Source of the DNA: Tubulanus polymorphus
Taxonomy: Eukaryota; Animalia; Nemertea
Assembly: GCF_964204645.1 (NCBI RefSeq)
Contig: NC_134034.1
Coordinates: forward strand, 6,112,914-6,176,913
Length of the DNA stretch: 64,000 nucleotides
Direction: 5' to 3'
Under the pieces are notes generated by a model. That model was not told the DNA's origin and searched no databases. It worked only from the letters and a program-made list of their open reading frames with translations. The stretch's first letter is position 1; each line of letters starts with the position of its first letter. Position numbers and translations under genes: made by a program. Of the stretch, positions 61,801 through 64,000 are shown piece by piece.

Positions 61801-64000
61801 AAAAAACCACAATAAACTATCGGACTATTTACACTTAGAAAACGACCAAAAAAAATATAAAAATGGACAAAATGATCTTGGAATATAGCTATTTCCAGAA
61901 TCTCATTGTATTAAATTAGGCAGCCAGAAAAATTCATCCCAATCAGTCGCTTGCCGGTTCAGACTGAATGGAAGATTGTTTAGATGAACCGGAACCGAAT
62001 TTCCAATTATGTACTTCGATTTAAAAATATTCTGTTAACTCGACCGCCGAACACACATCTATATCTGTACTTCGATTTCCGATTTCAAAATCAAACCCCC
62101 TGTTTCGCTCCCGGCAGGTGTGGTGGGTCTGTAAGGGACACTCAATCGAAAAATCAAACAAAATTTACCAGCCAAATAAATAAATAATGGGAACAATCCC
62201 TATTTTAAGTAAAAAAAAAAAGAAAAAAAAGAAGCTATTTCTAGTTAAGGCGTACGTACCTCTAGATACAGGGCCGTACCTATAGTGAGGGGCAGGGTGG
62301 CAATTGCCCCCTGGACAAATGTGCCCTTTCTGCGAATATTATTATATCAAATAGAAGCGTCGTCCTTCGGGTTTCTCTGCCCCATCCCCCCACGTTTGAA
62401 GCTGAATGGATTCTTAAAATGCTATGCTTTGTAATGGAACTACTGAGCATCATATTATCAATTTGAAATATTTCAATAACCGATCGATGAAATATGCTGT
62501 GCATAATAAAATATCCATGTTTGCGTATAAATCGCGTTATTTGTTCAGTCGTCATGAGAGATTGATAAACGATCGAGGGATTTCAAATCGCATTTTTCGA
62601 TTGAATTAGACCCTTTCCCAGCACATCGTGTGTCCATTTACAGCAATAGGCGTAGCTCAAAATAAATTTTGCATTACCTTGGTCTAATGAATTACAGTGA
62701 TTGGGTCATTTTTGTTGAGCTATCAATTTGATAAGGGTACATGTGGTTGAAATTTATCAATTCAACGGATTGTGACTTCATCTGAATTTAAATGTAGGCC
62801 TATACGTATAAACCATGCGTCTGTTTTTACTGATTGCGAAATCAAGGAGATTTCTAGTGCATGAACTGTAAGACGTCCGGATACCAAACGAAAATATAGC
62901 TGTAAAGCAGCAATACAATTTTTTCTGCTCGACGTACACTGGTATGATATGTGGATCCATATGGGCTATGTACAAAGTACTGATGTACCAAGTTTAGTCA
63001 ACATAACTTTGATGATACGGTGCTTTACCAGCTCCCTGGCGGCAGTTGTATGAAATAATCACTTTGTGCCAGTTGGCATTTTCCACCGATGTACATGTAC
63101 TTATATACTACGTTTTGTGATTTCTATAATAATATGATAATTTCATTTTCCATTTTGAATTATAGTAATCGTACAAAGTAATACAAATACAAAAATTCAA
63201 GATGGAGGTACACATGAAGAAACCTGTTTATAAAATGTTCATGGCACTGGCCTCGTACACCCAATCACACTCTCTTTCACACCACGTTCACACAGAAAAT
63301 ATGAAATATATAATAAAACAAAAGCACTGAATTACACGCGAAAAAAGCGATGCTGAAATAAGGTTTTAAAAATTTACACCACCTAGGCCAGGGTTTGTAT
63401 GAACATGGACGTATAAACTATGGTATGAATGATGTGCGTCTTATCGAAGTCTGAATTATAGTGTTGTGTAGCAGCAGCAGTGTGTGCAGTTAGTCTACAC
63501 ATTCGACTTATATCTTTATTTTCTCCTGGAATAAATTTACGTATTTGAATAAGCTTTGAATAAGAATAGTAACGTCGATTCGCCACAGTCTGAGTATTGG
63601 CAGAGTATTTAGTGTTCAGGATATTCCGTTGATCGGACGCGGATCTAAGCGGGCATATTTACGATTTGCAACGTTAACGCTTTACGTAGGCAACTGATAT
63701 ATCTAATTATGATTCCGATGACTCCTGACTTAAATGATTTTTTTTGATCCCCCAAAGTTTCATTGACCCTTGTCATAATAAGTGACATCACACAGGAAGT
63801 AAAAGAAATATAACGGGATAAAAGTTATTTTGTTTAGACTCGGAACCCTTGAGCTTACGTATACAACAGCGCATCACGTTAAAACGAATTAGACAGTTAT
63901 TCTAGTGGACGCAACTATTGACATTTTGAGATGCTTCCTTATCAAAATCAGGCCGCGTTAAGGTCGTTCATTCTACTATAATGAAATAATTGAATTGACC

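Overview
AT-rich animal genomic DNA, probably from an invertebrate. The + strand carries the 3' two-thirds of a FERM-PDZ-PTP tyrosine phosphatase gene of the PTPN3/PTPN4 (PTP-MEG) type. I could splice 16 coding exons in frame from 612 to 52284, covering the FERM-adjacent region, linker, PDZ domain and an intact PTP domain; the FERM exons lie upstream of the window. The gene has a 1.5-kb phase-symmetric linker exon and two or three alternative C-termini. One terminus (…GRETII*) resembles a ligand for the protein's own PDZ domain. The 17.5-kb intron that splits the PDZ domain holds a full-length but mutated DIRS1 tyrosine-recombinase retrotransposon (16599-22370) and a Gypsy remnant. The introns also contain several Helentron/DINE-1-like non-autonomous elements, some with CTCF-like motif tandem repeats, and several MITEs. 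Downstream, a TATA/Inr/E-box promoter on the minus strand (~58750) appears to drive a small convergent transcript that I could not identify. All calls were made by eye, with no database searches.
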